From Candidatus Micrarchaeota archaeon (GTDB lineage: Archaea > Micrarchaeota > Micrarchaeia > Anstonellales > Anstonellaceae): 64,000 bases of DNA. Below the pieces are notes generated by a model. That model made no database searches, was not told where the DNA came from, and was given only the letters and a program-made list of their open reading frames with translations. A program made the translations under genes and the position numbers. The stretch lies in NCBI GenBank assembly GCA_026413965.1, contig JAOAJY010000001.1:125275-189274 (forward strand), read 5' to 3'. Numbering within the stretch: position 1 is the first letter of the stretch; every line of letters starts with the position of its first letter. Positions 9,362 to 18,244 of the stretch are shown piece after piece.

Positions 9362-9449
9362 CGGGCCCAGAGGGATGCCCGAGTTGCTTTTCGAACCCCC
9401 GACACGTGGATTAAGAGTCCACCGCTCTACCAAGCTGAGCTATGGGCCC
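9362..9449 (-). tRNA. tRNA-Lys(CTT) with 14-nt intron at position 59/60 (9376..9389)
   Basis: GGGCCCA/TGGGCCC acceptor stem, GTGGA-CTCTTAA-TCCAC anticodon arm; removing 14 nt restores the TTCGAAT T-loop; junctions fold as a BHB. Confidence 0.93.
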
Positions 9450-9508
9450 GTGCAGGCGATAATATAAAGGGAAGAATATAAAAGTGCAACGTCTGGAAGG
9501 TTTTTCTT

Positions 9509-10495
9509 ATGCTGGAGATTGAAAGGAAGATAGAGGAGCTGAATAGGCCTGTCAAAAGAAGGCTGCAGGAGCTTTTTGCGCCTGGAAAAAAGCCGTTTGA
9601 AGTCTACGGCCTGCTTTCAGAATTCATGGCAAAGCCGGGCAAGCTCTTGAGGCCTGCCCTTTGCTTGGCTTCCTGCCAAGCTGTCGGAGGGAGGAGAGAG
9701 GATGCGGTCTCAGCCGCAGCGGCTATTGAGATGTTCCACAACTTCACGCTCATACATGATGACATTGAGGACAACTCGCTGCTTCGCAGGGGAAAGCCGT
9801 GCCTCCATATAAAATACAGCCTGCCGCTTGCGCTCAACGCAGGCGACGGGCTGTTCATGCTGGTTTGGAAGGAGGCGCTCTCCATTCCAGGGCCAAGGCG
9901 GGAGGAGGCGCAGAGGAGGCTTCTGTCAGGCTTCACCCAGGTTTTGGAGGGCCAGGCTATTGAGCTTGGATGGTACTTCAAAGGCAAATGGGATGTTGCG
10001 GAAAGCGACTATCGGACGGTTGTTGAGGGGAAAACCGGGGCATTGATTTCCTGCGCTTGCGAAGTGGGCGGGATGCTTGGAGGAGGAGACAGGGCTGCCT
10101 GCCGCGCGCTTTCGGAATTTGGAATGGGCATCGGGGTTGGTTTTCAGATTATGGATGACGTCCTCAATCTCTCAGGCGACCAGAAAAAATACGGGAAGGA
10201 GATTGGCGGAGACATTGCCGAGGGCAAGCGCACCCTAATAACCATACGCGCCTTGCAAGCCTTGGAGGGCAGAAAGAGGGAGAGGCTTGGCTTCATCCTC
10301 AAAAAGAGCAAAAAAAGCAAAAGAGATGTCAAAGAGGCGCTTTTGCTCATAAAAGAATCGGGAGTGATGGAAAGCGTGGTCAATGCCGCTGAGGAAGAGA
10401 TTTCGCGCGCCATTTCCAAGCTAGATGCGCTCCCGAGAAATTCCCAAAAGCTTCTCCGAGAGATTGCGGAATACATCACCAAACGGGAGCGATAA
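9509..10495 (+). CDS. idsA: Polyprenyl (geranylgeranyl) diphosphate synthase
   Basis: GKLLRP, LIHDDIED..LRRG, KTG, FQIMDDVL, DIAEGK. Confidence 0.9.
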   Translation: MLEIERKIEELNRPVKRRLQELFAPGKKPFEVYGLLSEFMAKPGKLLRPALCLASCQAVGGRREDAVSAAAAIEMFHNFTLIHDDIEDNSLLRRGKPCLHIKYSLPLALNAGDGLFMLVWKEALSIPGPRREEAQRRLLSGFTQVLEGQAIELGWYFKGKWDVAESDYRTVVEGKTGALISCACEVGGMLGGGDRAACRALSEFGMGIGVGFQIMDDVLNLSGDQKKYGKEIGGDIAEGKRTLITIRALQALEGRKRERLGFILKKSKKSKRDVKEALLLIKESGVMESVVNAAEEEISRAISKLDALPRNSQKLLREIAEYITKRER

Positions 10496-10553
10496 GGGAA
10501 GATTTTTAAATTGGAACCGAGAAGAAGGAGGCAAGGCGAAACCGGGTGATTGG

Positions 10554-10814
10554 ATGGTTGTGAAAGTTTCGAAAATTTATGGGATGGATATTTACACTGA
10601 CGGCGGAAAGTTTCTTGGGCGGGTGCAGGAGATACTGCTTGATTTGGAAAAGGGGGAGGTCCTTCGCCTCACTATGGAGCCTCTCAACTCTGTGTCAAAA
10701 GACGAGGCAAAGCGCATACTTCGCGACCGGTCTGTCCTTTACAAAAGCGTAAAATCAATTGAGGACGTGGTGGTTGTAAGCAAAGGAGCAGCCAGCGCGG
10801 GCCTGGAGAGCTGA
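10554..10814 (+). CDS. Single-domain PRC-barrel protein (CdpB-like cell-division candidate)
   Basis: GMDIYTDGGKFLGRVQEILLD ... VKSIEDVVVV PRC signature; SD GGTGA before ATG 10554. Confidence 0.8.
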   Translation: MVVKVSKIYGMDIYTDGGKFLGRVQEILLDLEKGEVLRLTMEPLNSVSKDEAKRILRDRSVLYKSVKSIEDVVVVSKGAASAGLES

Positions 10815-10873
10815 ATTGGCTTTTTTTAATGGCTAATTTGGGCATTTTGCTGTTTTTGGCTTAACCCCCCAAG

Positions 10874-11027
10874 CCCCAGACTTCCTTTAATATTTTGCAT
10901 TTTTTATGTGATTTTTCTCTATGTTTTTTATCTTTTTGAAATTTTATTATTTTTAATTAATGTAACCATAGTTACAAACAAACCAACCACCATAACCAAA
11001 CAGTTAAACAATATGGGAAGTCTGGGG
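10874..11027. repeat. 12-bp perfect inverted repeat enclosing an AT-rich segment (candidate oriC/DUE or MITE)
   Basis: ccccagacttcc 10874-10885 and ggaagtctgggg 11016-11027; internal palindrome TGTAAC-CATA-GTTACA 10961-10976. Confidence 0.6.
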
Positions 11028-11044
11028 GCTGCACAGGCAAAAAG

Positions 11045-11119
11045 TAGCGGGAAGTGGATTTGAACCACTGACCTCTGGGTTATGAGCCCAGCGGGCACTC
11101 CAGACTACCCTATCCCGCT
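11045..11119 (-). tRNA. Initiator tRNA-Met(CAT)
   Basis: AGCGGGA/TCCCGCT acceptor stem with A1:U72; CTGGG-CTCATAA-CCCAG anticodon arm with three G:C pairs; TTCAAAT T-loop. Confidence 0.95.
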
Positions 11120-11151
11120 AATTTCTATTTGAAAAAGACGTAATTAAAAAA

Positions 11152-11730
11152 TTACCTCTTTTTGCGCTCAAATAACTCCAAAAACTCCTGTTTGTTGCCG
11201 CTTTCCTGCTCAGCAAGCGCATTTTTTCGCGAGTAATCTTCCTCAACTTGCGCCTCCCCAACGTCGCATTCCACAATATTTTCCTTTTCCCCCCCAAACT
11301 CCCGCAGCTTCTCCTCGCTCATTTTCCAAATATACGAATACCAGCCGCTATCCTTGTCTCGGACGCGAGTATATGAGAAAAGGCCGCACCCATGCAGCCT
11401 GTTCAAAACAATACGCACATCACTGGCCTTTATGCCTATCTTTTTTGCCAAATCCTCATCAGTCATGTCTTTGTCAAATTCCCTAATCACATCAATCGTA
11501 TTCTCCCCGCCCATCTCAATCAAGCGCTGCCTGGCTTCAGCGCTTGCAAGCACTGCAAGGCGAGCCGCCTTGGAGTAGGTGGATTTTTTGACTATTATGT
11601 CTGGGTTTGAAGTTTTTGGCTTGGCTTTTGGCCCAGATTTTTGCCCGGCTCTTTTTTTCATGCTGCCTCTGCTCTTTTGTTTTTTGATGGACGTTTGGGG
11701 TTTCTGCTTGGAAGATTTCTTTGCGCCCAC
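11152..11730 (-). CDS. tfe: Transcription factor E (TFE-alpha) winged-helix protein lacking the zinc ribbon
   Basis: TDEDLAKKIGIKASDVRIVLNRLHGCGLFSYTRVRDKDSGWYSYIW matches the TFE extended winged helix. Confidence 0.8.
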   Translation of the reverse strand: MGAKKSSKQKPQTSIKKQKSRGSMKKRAGQKSGPKAKPKTSNPDIIVKKSTYSKAARLAVLASAEARQRLIEMGGENTIDVIREFDKDMTDEDLAKKIGIKASDVRIVLNRLHGCGLFSYTRVRDKDSGWYSYIWKMSEEKLREFGGEKENIVECDVGEAQVEEDYSRKNALAEQESGNKQEFLELFERKKR

Positions 11731-11773
11731 TCAAATCACACCATTCTTTCAGCAGGAATGAGTATATATTATT

Positions 11774-12301
11774 TCATCTGTTTTTTACACGAATAACACT
11801 CTTACCACACTTATTTGGGATGATTCTCATCTTTCCCTCAAACCTTTTGCCAAGCTCTTCGCCTTTATGATACCGGTCTAAGAACAAAGCCAAGGCAGAA
11901 ACTTCTGAATGGGGTTGATTTGAGACTGCAAGATTGTAGTCTGAAAGCCTGTAAATCTCTGCAGGCACTTTGCCAGCCCCCACCACAACCACCACATTTT
12001 TCCCAAAAAGCTCGGCCATCGCGCCCTCAAAAGGCTCCCCATACATGGTCAAATGGACGATTGCCCATCCCGCCTTCTTGCGCTCCAAAATGAATTTTTT
12101 CCAGCTTTCCACATGGCGGATCTGGAAGTCTCCCCCCCAAAGTCCGCATACGTTTTTGATGGAAGCCAGCACTTTCTGGTCAAAGTCCCCGCAAAGGGCG
12201 CCTTCATCCCCCCCAAGCGCCCTTGCCGCAAGAAAGACATGGGTGGTGAGCCTCTGGTCCCTAATTGCTCGGTGCCCCAGCCTAAGAATGCAGACTGCCA
12301 T
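11774..12301 (-). CDS. tRNA (cytidine56-2'-O)-methyltransferase aTrm56
   Basis: LRLGHR..RDQRLTTHV.LAARALG, HLTMYG, VGAGKVP, NQPHSEV. Confidence 0.92.
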   Translation of the reverse strand: MAVCILRLGHRAIRDQRLTTHVFLAARALGGDEGALCGDFDQKVLASIKNVCGLWGGDFQIRHVESWKKFILERKKAGWAIVHLTMYGEPFEGAMAELFGKNVVVVVGAGKVPAEIYRLSDYNLAVSNQPHSEVSALALFLDRYHKGEELGKRFEGKMRIIPNKCGKSVIRVKNR

Positions 12302-12400
12302 AGCCTCAGCCAGCATATTTTTCCCATCAGCCTCTAATACCTTCGCTTTTCGCGGCAGCCTTCGGGCAAGCATTAAAAAAGAGGCCTGCATTCCTTTTCT

Positions 12401-12790
12401 GTGCAAAAAATCCTTTTGGACACCAGCTTTCTCATGCTCCAATTTGAAGATGGAATTGACCTCTCCTTCAGCCTGCAGGAGCTTTTGGACAGCCCTGCCT
12501 GCCTCCTTTTGCCTACTGGCATGCTAAGTGAGCTGCGCGCGATTGCGGGCAGGGGAGGAAGGCGGGCATCTGCCGCAAGGTTCGTGCTGCAAAACCTCCC
12601 GCAAATCCTGCGCGGATTTGCTGTGGAGCAAGTTGAAAGCAAAGGCCCGCTTGACGAATGGATTTTTAAATATGCGGAAAAAAACAAGGTGACGGTCGCA
12701 ACAAATGACGCAAAGCTTCGCTCAAGGCTCAAAAAAGCCGGAATTCCTGCGATAACTGCAAAAAGCAAAGCGAAGCTTGGATATGTCTGA
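12401..12790 (+). CDS. PIN-domain ribonuclease (Fcf1/Utp24-like)
   Basis: ILLDTSFL, EL, D.WI, VATNDAKLR. Confidence 0.85.
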   Translation: MQKILLDTSFLMLQFEDGIDLSFSLQELLDSPACLLLPTGMLSELRAIAGRGGRRASAARFVLQNLPQILRGFAVEQVESKGPLDEWIFKYAEKNKVTVATNDAKLRSRLKKAGIPAITAKSKAKLGYV

Positions 12791-12803
12791 ATGAGGTGAT
12801 GGT

Positions 12804-14867
12804 TTGGAATCTGCCTTGCCGCTAGAACTGGGCTTGCTTTTGCCGCTGCTTCTTGCGCTGGCCGGGATGGCTTATGGCGCGTTCCTGATGGCGCAGATTT
12901 TCAGGCGGGATGAAGGAACTGAAAAAATGAAAGAAATCTCGCAAGCCATAAAAGAGGGCTCTGATGCGTATCTGAACAGGCAGTTCAAGACCGTTGCCCT
13001 GTTTGCCCTTCTTCTGCTGGCAGTAATCTATATTGCCTTGGGGCCGTTTGTGGCTGCGGCATTCCTTGTGGGAGCAATAGCGTCCGGGCTTTCAGGATAT
13101 CTTGGGATGTATGTTGCGGTCCGCTCCAACGCACGGGCTGCGCAAGCCTCTCTTTTGAGCATGCAGGAAGCGCTGGCGGTTCCATTCTCAGCCGGCGCAG
13201 TCAATGGGGCTTTGGTCTCAGGCATCGGGCTGCTGGGCGTGTCTTTGGTGTTCGCAGGGGCCTACTTTCTTTTGGGGGGCGGAGAGCAAGCCATGATAGA
13301 GGCAGGCAAAACTCTCATAGGATTTGGCTTTGGCGCCAACTTGCTGGCCCTTTTCATGAGAGTGGGCGGGGGCATTTACACAAAAGCAGCTGATGTGGGG
13401 GCAGATTTGGTCGGAAAAGTGGAGGCAGGAATACCTGAAGATGACCCGCGCAACCCTGCCACAATAGCAGACAATGTTGGGGACAATGTTGGCGATTGCG
13501 CAGGGATGGGCGCAGATGTCTTTGAATCCTACACAGTCACCATAATCTCCGCAATTGTCTTAGGCGCAGCCGCCCTTGGCATGCTGGGGGCCATATTCCC
13601 TCTTTTGGTCGCAGGAGGAGCCATGGTGATCGGCTTGGCATCCACAAGGTTTGTCAAGGTTAAAAGCGAGCAGGAGCACCCGTTTGACGCAATGAAAAGA
13701 GGCTTTGCAATCTCAACTGTTCTCCAAGCCGCGCTGTTTTATGCCCTCTCCATATATGTCTTGAACAGCGTTGAGGCGTTTCTTGCCCTTCTCACAGGCC
13801 TTGCCGCAACCCATCTCATAATCTTCATCACCGATTATTACACCTCCACAACAAGGCCTCCTGTCCGCCAAATAGCAGCTGCCGCCAAATCCGGAGCAGG
13901 CACCAACCTCATCGCAGGATTGGGGGTGGGCATGGAGTCCGCAGTGGCAGGCATAATCGTGGTGGCGGCAAGCATCCTTGCTGGGTATTTTGGCTTGGAG
14001 CCTTTTGGCATAGGGGCAAAAGGGCTTGGCTATTTTGGAATAGCTCTGGTTGGCTTGGGCATGCTTTCTACCACCGCAATGATAATGGCTATGGACACCT
14101 TCGGCCCGATATCCGACAATGCAAATGGAATAGGCGAAATGTCTGGGCTTGACAAGAAGGGGCGCAGAAGGATGGATGTGCTGGATGCTGTGGGGAACAC
14201 CACCAAAGCCGTGACAAAAGGCTTTGCCATAAGCTCTGCGGCAATAGCGGCAGTCGCCCTGTTTTCAACCTTCTTTGAAAGCGCAGGCCTCAACTCAATA
14301 AACGTCGCTCTTCCGGCTGTTTTTGTGGGGCTGCTTTTGGGCGGCGCAGTTCCGTTCATATTCTCCTCTCTTACCATGGGGGCTGTTGGCAAGGCAGCAA
14401 ACCTGGTGGTGGAGGAAGTGAGGAGGCAGTTCAAAGACCCAGGCATAATGAAGGGCACAAAAAAGCCTGATTATGCGGCATGTGTGGATATCTCCACCAA
14501 AGCAGCGCTGAATTCTCTGCTGCTTCCTGCGGCAATAGCCATAGCGGTTCCGGTCCTGATAGGCTATTCTCTTGGGCTTGAGGCGCTGGGCGGATTTCTT
14601 GCAGGCGCGATACTGGTCTCCCAGCTGATGGCAGTTTTCATGTCAAATGCGGGCGGGGCTTGGGACAACGCCAAAAAGTATATAGAGGAAGGCAATCTTG
14701 GAGGAAAAGGCTCAGATGCCCACAAAGCCGCAGTGGTTGGGGACACTGTGGGGGACCCGTTCAAAGACACCTCTGGGCCTGCGCTCAACCCGATGATAAA
14801 AGTGCTCAACATCGTCTCCCTGCTGGTGGCTGCTGTGATTGCAGGCAAGCAAATAGGCGCAATCTAG
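12804..14867 (+). CDS. hppA: Membrane pyrophosphatase, K+-independent H+-PPase type
   Basis: GGGIYTKAADVGADLVGKVEAGIPEDDPRN, DNVGDNVGD, GNTTKA (Lys signature of K+-independent enzymes), GDTVGDPFKDTSGP. Confidence 0.95.
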   Translation: MESALPLELGLLLPLLLALAGMAYGAFLMAQIFRRDEGTEKMKEISQAIKEGSDAYLNRQFKTVALFALLLLAVIYIALGPFVAAAFLVGAIASGLSGYLGMYVAVRSNARAAQASLLSMQEALAVPFSAGAVNGALVSGIGLLGVSLVFAGAYFLLGGGEQAMIEAGKTLIGFGFGANLLALFMRVGGGIYTKAADVGADLVGKVEAGIPEDDPRNPATIADNVGDNVGDCAGMGADVFESYTVTIISAIVLGAAALGMLGAIFPLLVAGGAMVIGLASTRFVKVKSEQEHPFDAMKRGFAISTVLQAALFYALSIYVLNSVEAFLALLTGLAATHLIIFITDYYTSTTRPPVRQIAAAAKSGAGTNLIAGLGVGMESAVAGIIVVAASILAGYFGLEPFGIGAKGLGYFGIALVGLGMLSTTAMIMAMDTFGPISDNANGIGEMSGLDKKGRRRMDVLDAVGNTTKAVTKGFAISSAAIAAVALFSTFFESAGLNSINVALPAVFVGLLLGGAVPFIFSSLTMGAVGKAANLVVEEVRRQFKDPGIMKGTKKPDYAACVDISTKAALNSLLLPAAIAIAVPVLIGYSLGLEALGGFLAGAILVSQLMAVFMSNAGGAWDNAKKYIEEGNLGGKGSDAHKAAVVGDTVGDPFKDTSGPALNPMIKVLNIVSLLVAAVIAGKQIGAI

Positions 14868-14920
14868 CCTAATGCCTAAAGGGCAAAGCTATATAAGCAG
14901 AAAACAAGCAACTTTAGCTG

Positions 14921-15319
14921 ATGGCAGCGCAGCAAATGAAGCCGCCTGAAGACAGCAGGCAATTCTTCAACCTCGTTGGCTCCAATGTTGCTGAGAACTG
15001 GGAAGAAGCAGTAAGCATAGTCCGCAAGGCTTTGGAATGCTTCCCAAACTGGCAGTCAACCAAAGCCGCGCAGTTCCTCAGAAAAATTGAGAGCGGGAAA
15101 GCAAAAAGCCTGAAAGCAAGCTTTGGTGTCCAGCAAGACAGCGGAATCATGATTTATAGCGTAAAGCTGGAAACGCATGATGGCGCAAACGAGGTGCTCA
15201 CCTTAAGAGTTGGCAAAAGCCTGACAGAAATCTCCTACCAAAAAAACGGAAGCATTGAGGAGATTATGCGGCATGAGAAAGGGGAAGTTTTGCGCTGGAG
15301 CTCCAAAGGGGGTGTTTGA
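14921..15319 (+). CDS. Hypothetical protein
   Basis: 132-aa ORF after a TATA-like ctatataag; no recognised motif. Confidence 0.55.
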   Translation: MAAQQMKPPEDSRQFFNLVGSNVAENWEEAVSIVRKALECFPNWQSTKAAQFLRKIESGKAKSLKASFGVQQDSGIMIYSVKLETHDGANEVLTLRVGKSLTEISYQKNGSIEEIMRHEKGEVLRWSSKGGV

Positions 15320-15459
15320 TGGAGAAAACAGTAGTTCAGCCATTTGACGAAAACGCAAAACAAACCATACAAAATATCTTACGAACCTTCGTCAAAACTC
15401 TCCCTCCTGTTTTGACCGAGCAGCCGCCTACTAAAAAGAAAACCCTAACAATCAGATAA
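15319..15459 (+). CDS. Small hypothetical protein (46 aa, MEKTVVQPFDENAKQ...KKKTLTIR), absent from the ORF track
   Basis: TGATG stop/start overlap with the upstream gene and GGGGGTG SD; fills the gap to the next gene. Confidence 0.55.
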   Translation: MEKTVVQPFDENAKQTIQNILRTFVKTLPPVLTEQPPTKKKTLTIR

Positions 15460-15476
15460 AATAGGGCAGGTGTTTT

Positions 15477-15764
15477 ATGAAGCCAAAATTCCCGCACCCA
15501 GACAATATCTCTTGGGATAAGATAAAAGAGGTCAAAATCACAAGCGATGAAGAGAATCACAAGCTTGAGTTCAACTTGGATGAAAGAAAGCAGAAGATAG
15601 TGATTTCCTTAGCCCCTGGCTCTATTTCATACACCCTTTGCGACAAAGACGGCTCTCCTCTTCTTTCTGCCATCCAAAAGGGGAATGAGGTCAAAGTGCT
15701 TGACTTCTCAAAAAAGCTGCCCGCCAAAGCAAGCAATGCAAAAGCCAGAATAAGAAAAGTTTAG
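15477..15764 (+). CDS. Hypothetical protein
   Basis: 95-aa ORF preceded by GCAGGTG SD. Confidence 0.55.
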   Translation: MKPKFPHPDNISWDKIKEVKITSDEENHKLEFNLDERKQKIVISLAPGSISYTLCDKDGSPLLSAIQKGNEVKVLDFSKKLPAKASNAKARIRKV

Positions 15765-15766
15765 CA

Positions 15767-16855
15767 TCAGCCCTGCTTTTTCACCACAGAAAAAATGTCT
15801 CCCTCTTCAAGCACATGCTGCAGCCCAACCTTCTGCCCGGGGAATTTGGCGGATTTGCCCCACACCAAAGCATACTTGAAATCCCTCACAAGGTCACGGT
15901 GGAGCTTGTTGCAGGCGTCTTCAATCGTTGAGCCTTTGCGCAGCATCATAGGCTCTTTCAAGTCCGCCTCTTCCATGCGAGGCTTGGTGTATACCCGAAT
16001 GAGGCTCAGGCGCCCAAAAATCTCTTTTTTGAGCTTCTCAATGTTGAGCCCCTTTTCAGCAGAAATCGGCACAAAATCAAACCCCAGCGCCTTGAGGTAT
16101 TCTTCTCCAACCATATCCACCTTGTTCAAAACCACAAGAGAAGGCACGTAGCGCCTATTTGCCGCCAAAACATCTATGAGCTGGTCTATGCTTGCGTCCT
16201 GCCGGAAAACAACAGTGGCATTGTGCACCCCGTACTCGTTCAAGACGCCTATGATGGTCTTTTCGTCAAGCTTGGTAAGCTTCACCGTGGAGTTTATCTC
16301 AATCCCGCCTTTCAGCTTTTTGGTTATGAATATCTTCGGAGGCTCCTCATCTAGCCTTATGCCCATGCCGGCAAGCTCCTCCTTTATTTTTGGGAGTATG
16401 CCCGGCTGGAAAACATCCAGCATTATCAGCACCAAATCCGCGCTTCTTGCCACTGCCAGCACCTCTCTGCCCCTGCCTTTGCCTTCGTGGGCTCCAATTA
16501 TTATCCCCGGCAGGTCCAGCAGCTGGATTTTTGCGCCGCCGTATTCCATCACACCAGGTATGCATGAGAGGGTGGTGAATGCGTACGAGGCGGTCTTGCT
16601 TTTTGCGCCAGTCAGCGCATTCAGAAGGGTGGATTTTCCGACAGAGGGCAGCCCAATGAAAACCACAGTGGCATCGCCGCTTTTTTTGACGTCAAATCCG
16701 CCCAAGCGCGCGCCTGCTTTTTTTGGGGAGACAAGCTCCCTTTTCAGCTTGGCAATCTTGGCTTTCAGCAGCCCTATATGGTATTCAGTGGCTTTGTTTT
16801 TCTGGGTTCTTGCAAGCTCCTCCTCAAGCTCCCTGAGCTTTTCCTCAATCCCCAT
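15767..16855 (-). CDS. DRG/Rbg-family GTPase with TGS domain
   Basis: TQKNKATEYH, GLPSVGKST, YAFTTL, DLPG, NKVD; start MGIEEK at 16855. Confidence 0.92.
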   Translation of the reverse strand: MGIEEKLRELEEELARTQKNKATEYHIGLLKAKIAKLKRELVSPKKAGARLGGFDVKKSGDATVVFIGLPSVGKSTLLNALTGAKSKTASYAFTTLSCIPGVMEYGGAKIQLLDLPGIIIGAHEGKGRGREVLAVARSADLVLIMLDVFQPGILPKIKEELAGMGIRLDEEPPKIFITKKLKGGIEINSTVKLTKLDEKTIIGVLNEYGVHNATVVFRQDASIDQLIDVLAANRRYVPSLVVLNKVDMVGEEYLKALGFDFVPISAEKGLNIEKLKKEIFGRLSLIRVYTKPRMEEADLKEPMMLRKGSTIEDACNKLHRDLVRDFKYALVWGKSAKFPGQKVGLQHVLEEGDIFSVVKKQG

Positions 16856-16909
16856 GCATGATATGAGGGTGCGAAACCCTTTAAATTCTGGATACGCAAA
16901 GCCAACAAT

Positions 16910-18235
16910 ATGGCAAGAAAAGAGGGAAAAAAAGAGGCTTCCGCAGAGGCTGAGCCAGGAGACAAGGTGCAGGTTGAATGCGCAAGCGGGAAATACTGCG
17001 GAATTCTTCTCCCTCGCAAGCAAGAGTCGCCTTTTTTGGCGCTAAAGCTTGGCTCAGGCTACAATATAGGGATAAGGAAAGAAGCCATCACCGCAATCTC
17101 AATCCTTGAAAAAGCATCCGCCCAATTCAGAAAGGAGCTGAAAGAAGAAAAGAAAAGCTCCAGCCCAGCAGGCAAGGTTTCCCTTCTTGCTTGCGGCGGA
17201 ACCATCGCAAACAGGGTGGATTACCGCACAGGCGCTGTCCATCCTGCGGTAAGCGCAGAGGAGCTTTTGGAGAGCCTGCCTATGCAGACGCGCGGAACCG
17301 TCCAGCCCCGCATGCTTTTCTCGCTTCCTTCTGAGGACATGTCTCCTGCGCACTGGGCTGAGCTTGCGAAGGCAGCCGCAGAGAGCATAAAAGGCGGGGC
17401 AGAAGGCGTGGTCATCACGCATGGGACAGACACCATGCACTACACTTCTGCCGCCCTCTCCTTCATGCTGCAAAACCTCCCCTGCCCAGTGGTCCTCACA
17501 GGAAGCCAGCGCAGCTCTGACCGAGGCTCGTCAGATGCGGAGCTTAACCTCTCCTGCGCTATTGCAGCAGCAAAATCCGACCTATCCGGGGTCTTCATCT
17601 GCATGCATGAGAATCTCTCAGATGAGTCCTGCGCTCTTCTTTTCGGCCCAAAAGCCAGAAAGATGCACACCACCCGAAGGGACGCCTTCCGCCCCATAAA
17701 TTCGCTTCCTGCGGCAAGAGTGGATGCAGCCAGCTTGTCTGTGGAGAAAATATCCCCAAATTGCCAGCCCCGCAAAAAAGAAAGCAAGCTTGCGCTTGAC
17801 ACCCGCATGAACACCAACGTAGCCCTCCAATACATATACCCAGGGCTGAAGCCGTCAGCAATCGCTTCACTTGCCGGGTATGATGGGGTGGTTTTGGCTG
17901 GCATGGGCCTGGGCCATCTTCCTGTCAATCTTTCAGGCGACAAGCTTGCCATGCCAATACTCAAAGAGGTTGCGCAGCTGGTCAACTCAGGCATTCCGGT
18001 GGTCTTGGCCTCGCAATGCATTTACGGCAGGGTGGATATGGACGTTTACACAAACGGGCGAGTGCTCAAAGAAGCCGGCATCATAGGCAATCTTTGCGAC
18101 ATGACTCCTGAGACTGCGTATGTCAAGCTCATGTGGGTGCTTGGGCGGGAAAAGAGGATGGGAGAGGTTAAAAAGCTCATGGAAACCTCCATCGCAGGGG
18201 AAATATCGGAAAGAAGCCCAATAGCTCCTTATTAG
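16910..18235 (+). CDS. gatD: Glu-tRNA(Gln) amidotransferase subunit D
   Basis: KLGSGYNIG, GGTIA.RVDYRTG, HGTDTM, SQRSSDRGSSD. Confidence 0.95.
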   Translation: MARKEGKKEASAEAEPGDKVQVECASGKYCGILLPRKQESPFLALKLGSGYNIGIRKEAITAISILEKASAQFRKELKEEKKSSSPAGKVSLLACGGTIANRVDYRTGAVHPAVSAEELLESLPMQTRGTVQPRMLFSLPSEDMSPAHWAELAKAAAESIKGGAEGVVITHGTDTMHYTSAALSFMLQNLPCPVVLTGSQRSSDRGSSDAELNLSCAIAAAKSDLSGVFICMHENLSDESCALLFGPKARKMHTTRRDAFRPINSLPAARVDAASLSVEKISPNCQPRKKESKLALDTRMNTNVALQYIYPGLKPSAIASLAGYDGVVLAGMGLGHLPVNLSGDKLAMPILKEVAQLVNSGIPVVLASQCIYGRVDMDVYTNGRVLKEAGIIGNLCDMTPETAYVKLMWVLGREKRMGEVKKLMETSIAGEISERSPIAPY

Positions 18236-18244
18236 AGGCGGAAC

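Noticed and set aside
9356-11151. Integrated element between the two tRNA genes
   Set aside because: The enclosed genes are housekeeping (GGPP synthase, PRC barrel); no integrase or duplicated tRNA 3' end seen
12401-12790. VapBC toxin-antitoxin module
   Set aside because: No antitoxin ORF upstream; motifs and context (tfe, aTrm56) fit the housekeeping Fcf1-like PIN family
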